Shown one piece after another: positions 50,420 to 62,473 of a DNA stretch of 64,000 bases (position 1 is its first letter; every line of letters starts with the position of its first letter). Made by a program: the position numbers and the translations under genes. The stretch comes from Malacoraja senta. Its lineage: Eukaryota. Under the pieces are notes generated by a model, which was not told the origin of the DNA, ran no database searches, and worked only from the letters and a program-made list of their open reading frames with translations. The DNA lies in contig CM075995.1 in NCBI GenBank assembly GCA_038087875.1, positions 8,930,001 through 8,994,000 on the forward strand, in the 5' to 3' direction.

Positions 50420-53400
50420 GTGAGAGCTCCGGGGGCCGATGTGTCTATGTATCTAGAGCCGGCGACGAGGGGGCGCCTCTGGCACTTGTATTGCAAAGTG
50501 AGGGAGCGCCCCCCACTCTCTCCCAGTGTATGAGGGAGCGCACCCATCACCCAGAGAGTGAGTGAGGGAGCGCACCTCTTCTGGGCGAGTGAGGCAGTGT
50601 CTCTGTCACTCTATGAGGGAGTGAAGGAGGGCCTCCATCCCCCAGAGAGAGAGAGAGTGAGGGGAAACTGAGGGAGCGCCCCTTTTCCCAGGGTGAGTGT
50701 GAGGGAGTCTCTCTCGAGCCTAGATATCGTGAGGGATCTATCTCCCTTCTGCCCTCGATAGCTTGATGGAGCTCCTCTCCCTCTCCCCCTCCACCCCTAC
50801 TGAGGGAGCTCACCTCTTCCCCCCCCCCCCCACGGGTGCCTGAGTGCGTTCTCTCCCCAGGGGAGAGTGGACGCTGGCGCGAATTGGTCACCGCTGCTCT
50901 CTCCTCAAACTTGTGTTTCTTATTTTCTTTTGGTGCTTTTGAAATTGAATTCTGTCCTTGATTTGTGTACTGTGGTGTTTTTTTATTTAATTTATTCCGA
51001 TTATGTGTTTTTTTGTTTTGTTGTGATTCTATGCATTGTAAGGTGTCCTTGGGTTTTAGAAAGGCGCCAGTAAATAAAATGATTATTATTATTATTATTA
51101 TTACCTCACAAGTTATAGGCGTAGAGTTTGGCCATTCGGCCCATCGAGTCTACTCCGCCATGACTAATCTCTGCCTCCTAATCCCATTCTCCTGCCTTCT
51201 CCCCATAACCTCTGACACCCGTACTAATCAAGAATCTCTCTGCCTTAAAAATATCCACTGACATGGCCTCCACAGCCGTCCGTTGCAATGAGTTCCACAG
51301 ATTAACTACCCTCTGACTAAAGAAGTTCCTGCTCGCCTCCTTTCTAAAAGAGCGCCCATTAATTCTGAGACTGTGACCCTCTGGTCCTAGACTCTCCCAC
51401 CAGTGGAAACATCCTCTCCACATCCACTCTATGTATGCTTTTCATTATTCTGCAAATTTCAAAGAGATTCCCCCATCAACCTAAATTCCAGCAAGTCGAG
51501 GCCCAGTGCTGTCAAACGCTCCTCATATGCTAACCCACTCATTCCTGGAATCATTCTAGTAAATCTCCTCTGGACCCTCTCGGTATTGGGGGAAGGGTGT
51601 TGACGTGGATAGAAAATTGGTTATCCACTTTGGTGGCAAAAACAAGGGGGCAGATTATTATCTCATTGGGGTTAGGTAAGGTAAGGGGGAGGTACAGCGA
51701 GACCTGGGTGTCCTTGTACACCGGTCACTGAAAGTTGACGTACAGGTACAGCAGGCAGTGAAGAAAGCTAATGGAATGTTGGCCTTCATAACAAGAGGAT
51801 TTCAGTATAGGAGTAGAGAGGTTCTTCTGCAGTTGTATAGGGCTCTGGTAAGACCACATCTGGAGTATTGTGTACAGTTTTGATCTCCAAATTTGAGGAA
51901 GGACATCCTTGTGATAGGCAGTGCAGCGTAGGTTCACGAGATTGATCCCTGGGATGGCGGGACTGTCATATGAGGAAAGATTGAAAAGACTAGGCTTGTA
52001 TTCACTGGAGTTTAGAAGGATGAGGGGGGATCTTATAGAAACATATAAAATTATAAAAGGACTGGACAAGCTAGATGCAGGAAAAATGTTCCCAATGTTG
52101 GTCGAGTCCAGAACCAGGGGCCACAGTCTTAGAATAAAGGGGAGGCCATTTAAGACTGAGGTGAGAAAAAACTTTTTCACCCAGAGAGTTGTGAATTTGT
52201 GGAATTCCCTGCCACAGAGGGCAGTGGAGGCCAAGTCACTGGATGGATTTAAGAGAGAGTTAGATAGAGCTCTAGGGGCTAGTGGAATCAAGGGATATGG
52301 GGAGAAGGCAGGCACGGGTTATTGATAGGGGACGATCAGCCATGATCTCAATGAATGGCGGTGCTGGCTCGAAGGGCCGAATGGCCTCCTCCTGCACCTA
52401 TTTTCAATGTTTAAGAAAGAACTGCAGATGCTGGAAAATCGAAGGTAGACAAAAATGCTGGAGAAACTCAGCGGGTGAGGCAGCATCTATGGAGCGAAGG
52501 AATAGGTGACGTTTCGGGTCGAGACCCGAAACGTCACCTATTCCTTCGCTCCATAGATGCTGCCCCACCCGCTGAGTTTCTCCAGCATTTGTGTCTACCT
52601 TAAACCAAAGGAATAGTTAGATCTCAAGTATGGTGTTGAGCAGCCAGGTTGTTGTCTCTGACTGGATAGCCCTCAGCGAACAATGAGCCATTCTACGTTT
52701 CCTTGAGCATCATCTGCTTTGATCTGTCCTTTTCACACCTTACCCGTCCATATCTATAGTCTCCCTCTCCCCTGACTCTTCGGCCGATGAAGGGTCTCGA
52801 CCTGAAACGTTACCTATTTCCTTTGCTCCATAGATGCTGCCTCACCTGCTCGGTTTCTCCAGCATTTTTGTCTGCTGTTCCTTTCTACACATCCCCTCTC
52901 CATCCTGCCTCTGTCCGATTATAGAGGAACATGTCAGTTTCTTCATGCGCACTTTACAGTAACAAAAAATTTGGGAGAAGTTTCTCAAAGTATCATTTTT
53001 CATTTCTGATTTTATATTGTGCATTACCCTTATTGGCATTGTAGTATTCAAATCAATTATTAGCTTCCGTGTTTAGTTTATTGTCACGTGTACAAGTGAA
53101 AAGCTTTTGTGTTACGTGCTATCTAGTCAGTGAAAAGGCCGTACATGATGACTATCAAGCTGTGTACATTTGAACTCTCAGTCTGAAGAAGGTTCTCGAC
53201 CCGAAACGTCACTGATTCCCTTTCTCCAGAGATGCTGCGTGACCCGCTGAGTCCAGAACCAGGGGCCACAGTTTAAGAATAAGGAGTAAGCCATTTAGAA
53301 CGGAGACGAGGAAACACTTTTTCTCACAGAGTGGTGAGTCTGTGGAATTCTCTGCCTCAGAGGGCGGTGGAGGGAGGTTCTCTGGATGCTTTCAAGAGAG

Positions 53401-56400
53401 AGCTAGATAGGGCTCTTGAAAGTAGTGGAGTCAGGGGTTATGGGGAGAAGGCAGGAACGGGGTACTGATTGGGGATGATCAGCCATGATCACATTGAATG
53501 GCGGTGCTGGCACGAAGGGCCAAATGGCCTACTCCTGCACCTATTGTCTATTGAGTTGCTCCAGCATTTTGTGTCTAGTCACAGTGTACATACACAGGAT
53601 AAAGGATTTAATATTGAGTAGAGACAGCACCCGTAGTCAGGATTGGACCTGGGTCTCTGGTGCTGTAAGGCAGCCTTGGTTTCTATTGATGACAAACCTA
53701 ATGCTGACAGGGGTACGAGGATTGTCACCTCTTCAACTTGTTAATGTCCACGTATATTTAGCAGCGTGCTTCATCGCCACCCATTTGCAGTTGTGTGACA
53801 ACAATGAGTTAAATGAAAGAACTTGAAGTAATCATGAAACAAATCAGACCAGTTTTTAAGCATGCCAATATAGGTTCATGAGTGGTGTTGCATTTCATCA
53901 GTATCTGTACACTGAAGATTGACACAAAAAGCTGGAGTAACTCAGCGGGACAGGCAGCATCTCCGGAGAGAAGGAATGGGTGACAACAGACAATGGGTAC
54001 AGGAGTAGGCCATACGGCCCCTCGAGCCAGCACCGCCATTCAATGCGATCATGGCTGATCATCCACAATCAGTACCCCGTTCCTGCCTTCTCCCCATATC
54101 CCCTGACTCCACTATCTTTACGAGCTCTCTCTCTTGAAAGTATCCAGAGAACCGGCCTCCACTGCCCTCTGAGGTAGAGAATTCCACAGACTCACAACTC
54201 TCTGTGCGAAAAAGTTTTTTGGGTCGGAGAAACCTCGTTTTGGGTGGGGACCCTTGTTCAGCACACTGTGGATGGCTTGATTGTAATCATGTATAATTTT
54301 TTAGCTGACTGGATAGCACTCAACAAAAAAGCTTTTCACTGTACCTCGGTGCACGTGACAATTCTAACCTAAACTCTGAACACAGTGGCGCAGCGGTAGA
54401 GTTGCTGCCTCACAGCGCCAGAGACCTCAGGTGCTGACTGTACAGAGTTTGTATGTTCTTCCTGTGACCCATGTAGGTTTTTTTCTCCAGGTGCTCCGGT
54501 TTCCTCCCACATTCCAAACATGTGCAGGTTCTTGGGTTAATCAGCCCCCTGTAAATTTCCCCTTAGTGTGGCAGGGAATGGGATGGGATGTGGAATAACA
54601 TGGAACTAGTGTGAATGGATGGGCTGAAGAGCCTGTTTTTTATGCTGAATAGTTTAGTGTGGAAACAGGCTCCTCGGTTCACTGAGCCCGCACCGGCTAG
54701 CGATCACCCGTACACTAGTTCTAGCCTACGCACTGGGGACAATTTACGGGCAACATTGACATGTGCTCGATAGTGAAGTGTTGAAGATTTGGAGTATCGT
54801 GTTCAGGTTTGGTCTGCCTGCTATGAGAAGAATGTTGTCAAGCTGGAAAGGATGCAGAGAAGATGTTGCCAGGACTCGAGGGCCTGAGCGACAGGGAGAG
54901 GTTGAGCAGGCTAGGACTCTATTACTTGGAGCGCAGGAGGATGAGGGGTGTATAAGATCATGAGGGGAATAGATAGGGTGAATGTACAGTCCTTTACCCA
55001 AAGTAAGATCATGTGATAGGATTGGGCCATTCGCCCAATCAAGTCCACTCCGCCATTCAATCTTGGCTGATTTTTTCCCCCCTCTCAACCCCATTCTCCT
55101 GCCTTCACCCCATAACCTCTGACACCCGGGTGGCATGGTGGCGCAGCGGTAGAGTGGCTGTCTTACAGCGCTTTCAGCGCCAGAGACCCAGGTTCAATCC
55201 CGACTACGGGCGCTGTCTGTACGGAGTTTTTACGTTCTCCCCGTGACCGCCTGGGTTTTCTCCGGGATCTTCGGTTTCCTCCCACACTCCAAAGACGTAC
55301 AGGTTTGTAGGTTAAATAGCTTGGTATAAATGTAAAAATTGTCCCTAGTGTGTGTAGGGAAGTGTTAATGTGCGGGGATCGCTGACCGGTGCGGACTCAG
55401 TGGGCCGAAGGGCCTGTTTCCGCGCTGTATCTCTAAACTAAACTCAACCTTGCCTTAAATATATCCATTGACTTTGCCTCCACAGCCTTCTGTGGCAATT
55501 TCACAGATTCATCACCCGTGAGATTATAAGGGTGGTAAGAACACCCTTGAGAATTGAGAACCAGAGGTCTTAGATGTAAGGTTGGAGAGGAAAGATTTAA
55601 TACTACGATTTAAAGCTAAGGAGAATCTTTTTCACTCAGAGAGTGGTAGGTGTCTGGAACGAGCTGCATAGGAAGTAGTTGAGGCAGGTATGATAACCGC
55701 ATTAGTTGGACAGGTATATGGATAGGGCAGGTTTTGAGGGATATGGGGCAAAGGTTGGCAGGTGGGACCTGGCGTAGATTGGGCAACTTGGTCAAAAATG
55801 CCCAAATTGGGCTGAAGGGCCTGTTTCCACGCTGTATGACCATGATCTCTGAACGGTTGGTGCCCACGTCAACCTTGCCACTACAGTAGCACAAACATGT
55901 GATCAGCAGGCGGCACGGTGGCAAAAATCCATGTTCGATCCTGACCACGGGTGCTGTCTGTACGGAGTTTGCATGTTCTCCCCGTGATCTGCGTGGGTTT
56001 TCTCCGGCTGCTCTGGTTTCCTCCCACACACCAAAGACATACGGGTTTATAAGTTAATTGGCTTTGGTAAAGTTGTAGACAATAGACAATAGGTGCAGGA
56101 GTAGGCCATTTGGCCCTTCGAGCCAGCACCGCCATTCAATGTGATCATGGCTGATCATCCACAATCAGTACCCTGTTCCTGCCCTCTCCCCATATACCCT
56201 GACTCCGCTATTTTTAAGAGCCCTATCTAGCTCTCTCTTGAAAGCATCCAGAGAACCTGCCTCCACCGCCCTCTGAGGCAGAGAATTCCACAGACTCACA
56301 ACTCTCTGTGTGAAAAAGTGTTTCCTCATCTCTGTTCGAAATGGCTTACCACTTATTCTTAAACTGTGACCCCTGGTTCTTGTCTCCCCCAACATCGGGA

Positions 56401-59400
56401 ACATGTTTTCTGCCTCTAGTGTGTCCAAACCCGTAACAATCTTATATGTTTCAATAAGATCCCCTCTCATCTTTCTAAACTTCAGAGTGTACAAGCCCAG
56501 CTGCTCCATTCTCTCAGCATATGACAGTCCCGCCATCCCGGGAATTAACCTTGTAAACCTACGCTGCACTCCCTCAATAGCAAGAATGTAAATTGTCCCT
56601 AGTGTGTCGGATGGTGCTAGTATATGGGGTGATCGCTGATCGGCACAGACTCGGCGGATGGGCCTGCAGGGCTAGGGCCTGTTTCCACGCTGTATCTCTA
56701 ACCTAAATATAAACTACATTGATTGGAAATTAAACTGTAACGTCCAGGTTCAGGAACAGCTACTTCCCCACAGCCATCAGGCTATTAAACACAACAAATA
56801 AGCTCTGAACTGCAAAATACTATATTATTAGTTGTTATTTACACTATATTTGTTATTTATTGAACTTTTTCTTTTTTTCCTCTTCCCCCGTAATATACAA
56901 TGTTTACATATTCACATATTCTGTTGTGCTGCAGCAAGTAAGAATTTCATTGTCCCGTCCGGGACATATGGCAATAAAACACTCTTGACTCTTGAAATAA
57001 ATTGAGAAAATGCTGGTCACTGTCGACAGCTCAGAAATGACAAAAGGACTGTGACCTTAAACATTAACTCTGTTTCCCTTGCCACAGATGTTGTGATTGG
57101 CAGAGTGTTGTCGACCTTTGGGTGTGTTTGCCTAATGATCAGTAACAAGTTGCAAAACTCTGATAAGGTGTCTGCAGCGTAGAAATAAGGAACTGCCAAT
57201 GCAGTCTGAAGAAGGGTCCCAACCCAAAATGGTATCTATCCAAGTTCTCCAGAGATGCTGCCTGACCCGCTGAGTTACTCCAGCACTCTGTGAAACGTCA
57301 CCGATCCATGTTCTCAAGAAATGCTGCCTGACCCGCTGAGTTACTCCAGCACTCTGTGAAACATCACCGATCCATGTTCTCCAGAAATGCTGCCTGACCC
57401 GCTGAGTTACTCCAGCACTCTGTGAAACGTCACCGACCCATGCTCTCCACAGATGCTGCCTGACCCGCTGAGTTACTCCAGCACTCTGTGAAACGTCACC
57501 GACCCATGTTCTCCACAGATGCTGCCTGACCCGCTGAGTTACTCCAGCACTCTATGAAACGTCACCTATCCATGTTCTCCACAGATGCTACCTGACCTGC
57601 TGAGTTACTCCAGCACTCTGTGAAACGTCACCGACCCATGCTCTCCACAGATGCTGCCTGACCCGCTGAGTTTCTCCAGCATTTTTGTCCACATAATGAT
57701 TCAATTATACTTTGTGACGGTACTATATAGTCAAATGTACCTTGTTACAGTCAAATTCTTTTTGCATACCAAGTATACGGAAGAGTTGCCACAAAAATGA
57801 CTCTTTACGTAATGTGGGTCCCCTCTTTGTCTGTCCCAAAACTCCCCGCCGGTTCTCTCTTTGTTCTCGGTCAGTTCCTCCTTGTTCCTCAGATGGACCA
57901 AGGGGTACAGTCAAATATTTAGTTTTTGCATTCAATCCGGTAAAATCATATTGCAGACTTCACCCAGGCAGCTTACAAAGATCCGCCACATTTGAATGAA
58001 TGAATGAATGAATGAATAAGTTTATTGGCCAAGTATTCACATACAAGGAATTTGCCTTGGTGCTCCGCCCACAAGTAACAGCATGACAGACAGTGACAGT
58101 TAGGAATGACACATAAAACATTAAACATTAATAATAAAACATTGTTGATTAAACGTGTGAATGAAATAAAATACCAGAGCAAAAGGAGGCTACAGATTTT
58201 TGGCTGTTGAGTAGAGCAACTACTCGTGGAAAAAAAGCTGTTTTTATCTCTGGCTGTGGCAGCTTTGGCAAGCCTCCAGGTGTCGTGCTTGGTGGCTGAG
58301 CCAAACCAGACCATGATGGAGAAGGTGAGAACAGACTCTATGATGGCCGTGTAGAATTGGACCATCATTGCCTGTGGCAGATTGTGCTTCCTCAGCTGCC
58401 GCAGGAAGTACATCCTCTGTTGTGCCTTTCTGGTGCGGACTAAGTTGCAAATGGTTAATTGAACGGTGCTATCTCGTCACAGCGGCGAACCAGGTCTGCG
58501 TTTGCTCGACGCCCCCCTCACTTCAATCTCAATGCCCCCCCGAGTTCAATCCTCACCATTGTATAAGACCATGCAGCAGCGGCGTCTCATTACTGGCTCG
58601 TGATTACCGCTTTGCTTGTTTTACTCCAGGTAGCGTGCCTTCGCTCGCGGCCGGCCTGTTGTTTGGGACTGCGGCAGGAATCGGTGCCTATCAGATCACC
58701 CAGAACCCCAAAAACGTCTGGCTGTCACTGGGTGAGTATCCTGGCTTCATTTACAGTCACAGTGTGTCTCACAGCGTGGAAACACGCCCTTCAACCCAAC
58801 CTGCCCTATCTGTCCTATCTACACTTGTCACACCTGCCTGCGTTTGGTCCATATCCCTCCAAACCTGTCCTATCCATGTCCCTGTCCAAATGTTTCTTAA
58901 ACATTGTGATAATCCCAGCCTCAACTACCTCCTTCCATACACCCACCACCTTTGTGTGGAAAAACTTACCCCTCAGATTCCTATTAAATCTTTCCCTCCT
59001 CCCCTTCGATCTATGTCCTCTGATTCTTGATTCACGTATTCTAGGCAAGAGACTGTATTTGCCCGATATATTCCCCTTATGATTTTATACACCTCTATAA
59101 GATGAAAGAATTTCTTTGAAAGGTTGCCAAACATATTAATTCCCCTTTCCATTCCCACACTGACCTTTCTGTCCTGGGCCTCCTCCATTGTCCTTGGTCA
59201 TCTAGCTGGCCCTGACTTGTTCTGGCCTCTCCCCACCTCCAGTTCCCTCCCCTTTACTTTCAGACTGAAGAAGGGTCCCGACCCGAAATGTTACAAAAGA
59301 CTCCCGAATTAATGGGAAGGAAAGTTCGAGAAGGGATATGAGAGTAAGGTCAGGGCCAATCGTGACGGTGTGAGAGGGGAGGTGAATACCGAGGTCAAAG

Positions 59401-61683
59401 TGATCATGTGACCATTCAATGTGATCATGGCTGGTCATCCCCAATCAGTACCCCGTTCCTGCCTTCTCCCCATATCCCCTGACTCCGCTGTCTTTAAGAG
59501 CCCTATCCAGCTCTCTCTTGAAAGCATCCAGAGAACCTGCCTCCACCGCCCTCTGAGGCAGAGAATTCCACACTCACCACTCGCTGTGAGAAAAAGTGTT
59601 TCCTCGTCTCCGTTCTAAATGGCTTACTCCTTATTCGTAAACTGTGGCCCCTGGTTCTGGACTCCCCCAACATCGGGAACATGTGTCCTGCCTCTAGCGT
59701 GTCCAAACCCTTAACAATCTTATATGTCTCAATGAGATTCCCTCTCATCCTTCTACACTCCAGAGTGTACAAGCCCAGCTGCTCCATTCTCTCAGCATAT
59801 GACAGTCCCGCCATCCCGGGAATTAACCTTGTAAACCTACGCTGCACTCCCTCAATAGCAAGAATGTCCTTCCTCAAATTAGGGGACCAAAACTGCACAC
59901 AATACTTCAGGTGTGGTCTCACTAGGGCTCTGTATAACTGCAGAAGGACCTCTTTGCTCCTATGGAGCGGCTGGGCATGTATACTCTGGAGTTTAGAAGG
60001 ATGAGAGGGGATCTTATTGAAACATATAAGATTATTAAGGGTTTGGACACACTAGAGGCAGGAAACATGTTTGCGATGTTGGGGGAGTCCAGAACCAGGG
60101 GCCACAGTTTAAGAATAAGGGGTAAGCCATTTAGAACGGAGACGCGGGAACAACTTTTTCACCCAGAGAGTGGTGAGTCTGTGGAATTCTCGTCCTCAGA
60201 GGCCGGTTCTCTGGATGCTTTAAAGAGAGAGCTAGATAGGGCTCTTAAAAATAGCGGAGTCAGGGGATATGGGAAGAAGGCAGGAACGGGGTACTGATTG
60301 GGGATGATCAGCCATGATCACCTTGAATGGCGGTGCTGGCTCGAAGGCCGAATGGCCTACTCCTGCACCTATTGTCTATTGTCTATTGAGTTACTCCAGC
60401 ACTGTGAAACGTCAACTATCCATGTTCTCCAGAGATGCTGCCTGACCCGCTGAGTTACTCCAGCACTCTGTGTCTATTATTGGAGGTATTTGAATGTTGG
60501 GCGTGCTTTTTCCTTTGTGGTGTTCCTAGGGACAGTTACCTTCATAGTAAACAACGGCAATGAACAACAAATGTTAAATGTACACTTCCTTTTTATTGTG
60601 CCATTCTCTCTGCAGTTAGATATGTGAACAGTTCCTCTTAAAGCAGTGATGTCAACCAAGGCCATGACCCTCAGAGACCTTTATATTGGAACATAGAGCA
60701 ATACAGCAATAAACTAAAATCCACACAGACAACTCATAGGAACAGTAAATTTATATAAAGATGGATGGCGTAGCGGTAGAGTTGCTGCCACACAGTGCCG
60801 GAGACCTGGCTTGCATCCAGACTTTGGCTGCTGTCTGTACGGAGTTTGTACGTTCTCTCCATGACAGTGTGGGCTTTCTCCGGGTTCCGCCCACACTCCA
60901 AAGGCGTACGGGTTTGTACGCACGCATACCCGCACGCACACACACACACACACAACCACCCCCAACAAGAGTAATGGAATGGGGCTCCGGTGAGTTGAAA
61001 GGAAGCTATTCTTCACTTGTCTGCATTTAAAACATGTAAAGCTATAAATATCTGCCTGCATTCATTCTCCTGACCTTGGTGTGTGCTGTAGTCAGCCTTT
61101 GATCAGTAAAGGCCTGACAAGGTAAAGTATATCTTGCTCTACTTCAAGGGCAGCACGGTGGCGCAGCAGGTAGAGTTGCTGCCTCACAGCGTCGGAGACC
61201 CGGGTTCGATTCCGACCACGGATGCTGTCTGTACGGAGTTTGTACCTTCTCCCCGTGACCTGCGTGGGTTTTCTCCGGGTGCTCTGGTTTCCTCCCACAC
61301 TCCAAAGACGTGCAGGTTTGTAGATTAATTGACTTCGGTAAAGAATTACAATTTGTCCCTAGTGTGTGTAGGATAGTGCTAGTGTACGGGGTGATCGCTG
61401 GTCGGCGCGGACTCGGGCCCATGCACCTGTTTCCACGTTGCACCTCTGAACTAAATTATACTTGGTCTGATGAAGTGATATTTGGTCAGTTTAGAACACC
61501 GGTTATATTCTATGGACCTGTGGCATGAATGGGAAACCCTGGAGAAGTTTGGCAAATATCCGCTTGGCTGATCTGTGTGGCTTGTTATTTTCCAGTGGTT
61601 TCAGGAACGCTGACTGGAATAATGGGAATGCGGTTCTACAATTCGAGGAAGTTCATGCCAGCTGGTTTAGTCGCAGGATTAAG
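50338..61683 (+). CDS. TMEM14C: Transmembrane protein 14C (mitochondrial), first three coding exons, 3'-partial
   Basis: Exons 50338-50419, 58630-58731 and 61596-61683 join in frame: [20 protein letters not shown] / [12 protein letters not shown]...NPKNVW / [18 protein letters not shown]. Position next to PAK1IP1 fits known synteny. The last exon was not found in the window. Confidence 0.94.
51590..52405 (+). mobile_element. CR1 LINE 3' fragment
   Basis: ORF 51921..52325 ([10 protein letters not shown]...RTRGH...LWNSLP). Confidence 0.9.
53178..53205 (+). ncRNA. Minimal hammerhead ribozyme motif with perfect 5-bp stem I
   Basis: TCAGT-CTGAAGA-A-GGTTCTCGACCC-GAAA-CG-TC-ACTGA; the motif runs from 53178 to about 53215; one mismatch in stem II. 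Confidence 0.6.
57226..57685 (+). repeat. 66-bp tandem array (about 7 units), same family as 43367-44000
   Basis: GAAAC(G/A)TCACC recurs at 57292, 57358, 57424, 57490, 57556 and 57622. Confidence 0.92.
57993..58433 (-). mobile_element. Rex/Babar-type LINE 3' fragment with internal deletion
   Basis: ORF 57973..58413 ([14 protein letters not shown]...); (CATT)n tail. Confidence 0.8.
58630..58731 (+). CDS. TMEM14C: TMEM14C coding exon 2 ([34 protein letters not shown])
   Basis: 102 nt, ttactccag acceptor, gtgagt donor. Confidence 0.95.
59413..60388. mobile_element. Two CR1 3' fragments joined head-to-head (59413-59961 minus, 59962-60388 plus)
   Basis: ORFs 59503..59922 minus and 59962..60297 plus. 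Further CR1 3' ends lie at about 6448-6875, 12411-12790, 13966-14470, 32466-32912, 40535-41050, 41704-42208, 44250-44778, 46049-46413 and 56077-56588. Confidence 0.88.
61148..61455 (+). mobile_element. tRNA-derived V-SINE (HE1-like), representative full-length copy
   Basis: A box TGGCGCAGCAGG, B box GGTTCGATTCC, V-core GGAGTTTGTACCTTCTCCCCGTGACCTGCGTGGGTTT and a CR1-like tail. Other copies at about 55130-55445 (+), 14826-15145 (-), 10635-10907 (-), 20770-21062 (-), 39255-39540 (-) and 54383-54650 (+). Confidence 0.85.
61596..61683 (+). CDS. TMEM14C: TMEM14C coding exon 3 ([29 protein letters not shown])
   Basis: 88 nt, ttttccag acceptor, gtaaat donor. Confidence 0.95.
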
Positions 61684-62473
61684 GTAAATGTGGACCACTG
61701 TGTGTGTCCAACTGATTGTCTTGCTGAGGTGTGGAATAAGAATCAGAATCGCTGTGGCCGCTACATGTTAAATATGGGATGAAAACACTTCTGTAATCTT
61801 CTGCCCCAGCCCAGCAAGTCCACTCCGCCATTCAATCATGGCTGATCTATCTTTCCCTCTCAATCCCATTCTCCCGCCATCTCCCCATAACCCCTGACGC
61901 CCGCACTAATCGAGAGGTCACTCCCTCTTCTCCACTCTCCCATTGGGCCAGAGGTGCAGAAGGTGAAAACGCACACTTCCAGATTCAGAGGCAGTTGTTA
62001 TCAGGCAACTGAAACGTCCTCTCACCAACTAGAGAGCGGTCCTGACCTCTCATCCCTCCAATCCCTGCATGTCCATGTACCCGTTTAAAAGCATCTTAAA
62101 CCCCACTATCGTATCTGCCTCCACCACCACCACCACCCCTGGCAGCGCGTTCCAGGTACCCACCACCCTTTAGTCATAGGGTAGTTAATCTGTGGAATTC
62201 ATTGCCACAGAGGGCTGTGGAGGCCAAGTCAGTGGATATTTTTAAGGCAGAGATAGACAAATTCTTGATTAGAACGGGCGTCAAGGGTTATGGGGAGAAG
62301 GCAGGACAACAAGGCAGAGATCAGCCATGATTGAATGGCGGAGTAGACTCGATGGGCCGAATGGCCTACTTCTACTCCTATAACTTGTGAACTTGCGAAC
62401 CACCCTCTGAGTTAAAAAGCAACTTGAACCGCACATCTCCTGTAAACTGTATTCTGCACTCTCTTTGCTCTAC

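Noticed and set aside
49930..50550. Several overlapping long ORFs on both strands
   Set aside because: Artefacts of the stop-poor GC-rich promoter VNTR; only 50338-50419 matches TMEM14C.
61148..61230. tRNA-like sequences with A and B boxes (many copies)
   Set aside because: They continue into the V-SINE core and LINE-like tail, so they are SINE heads, not tRNA genes.
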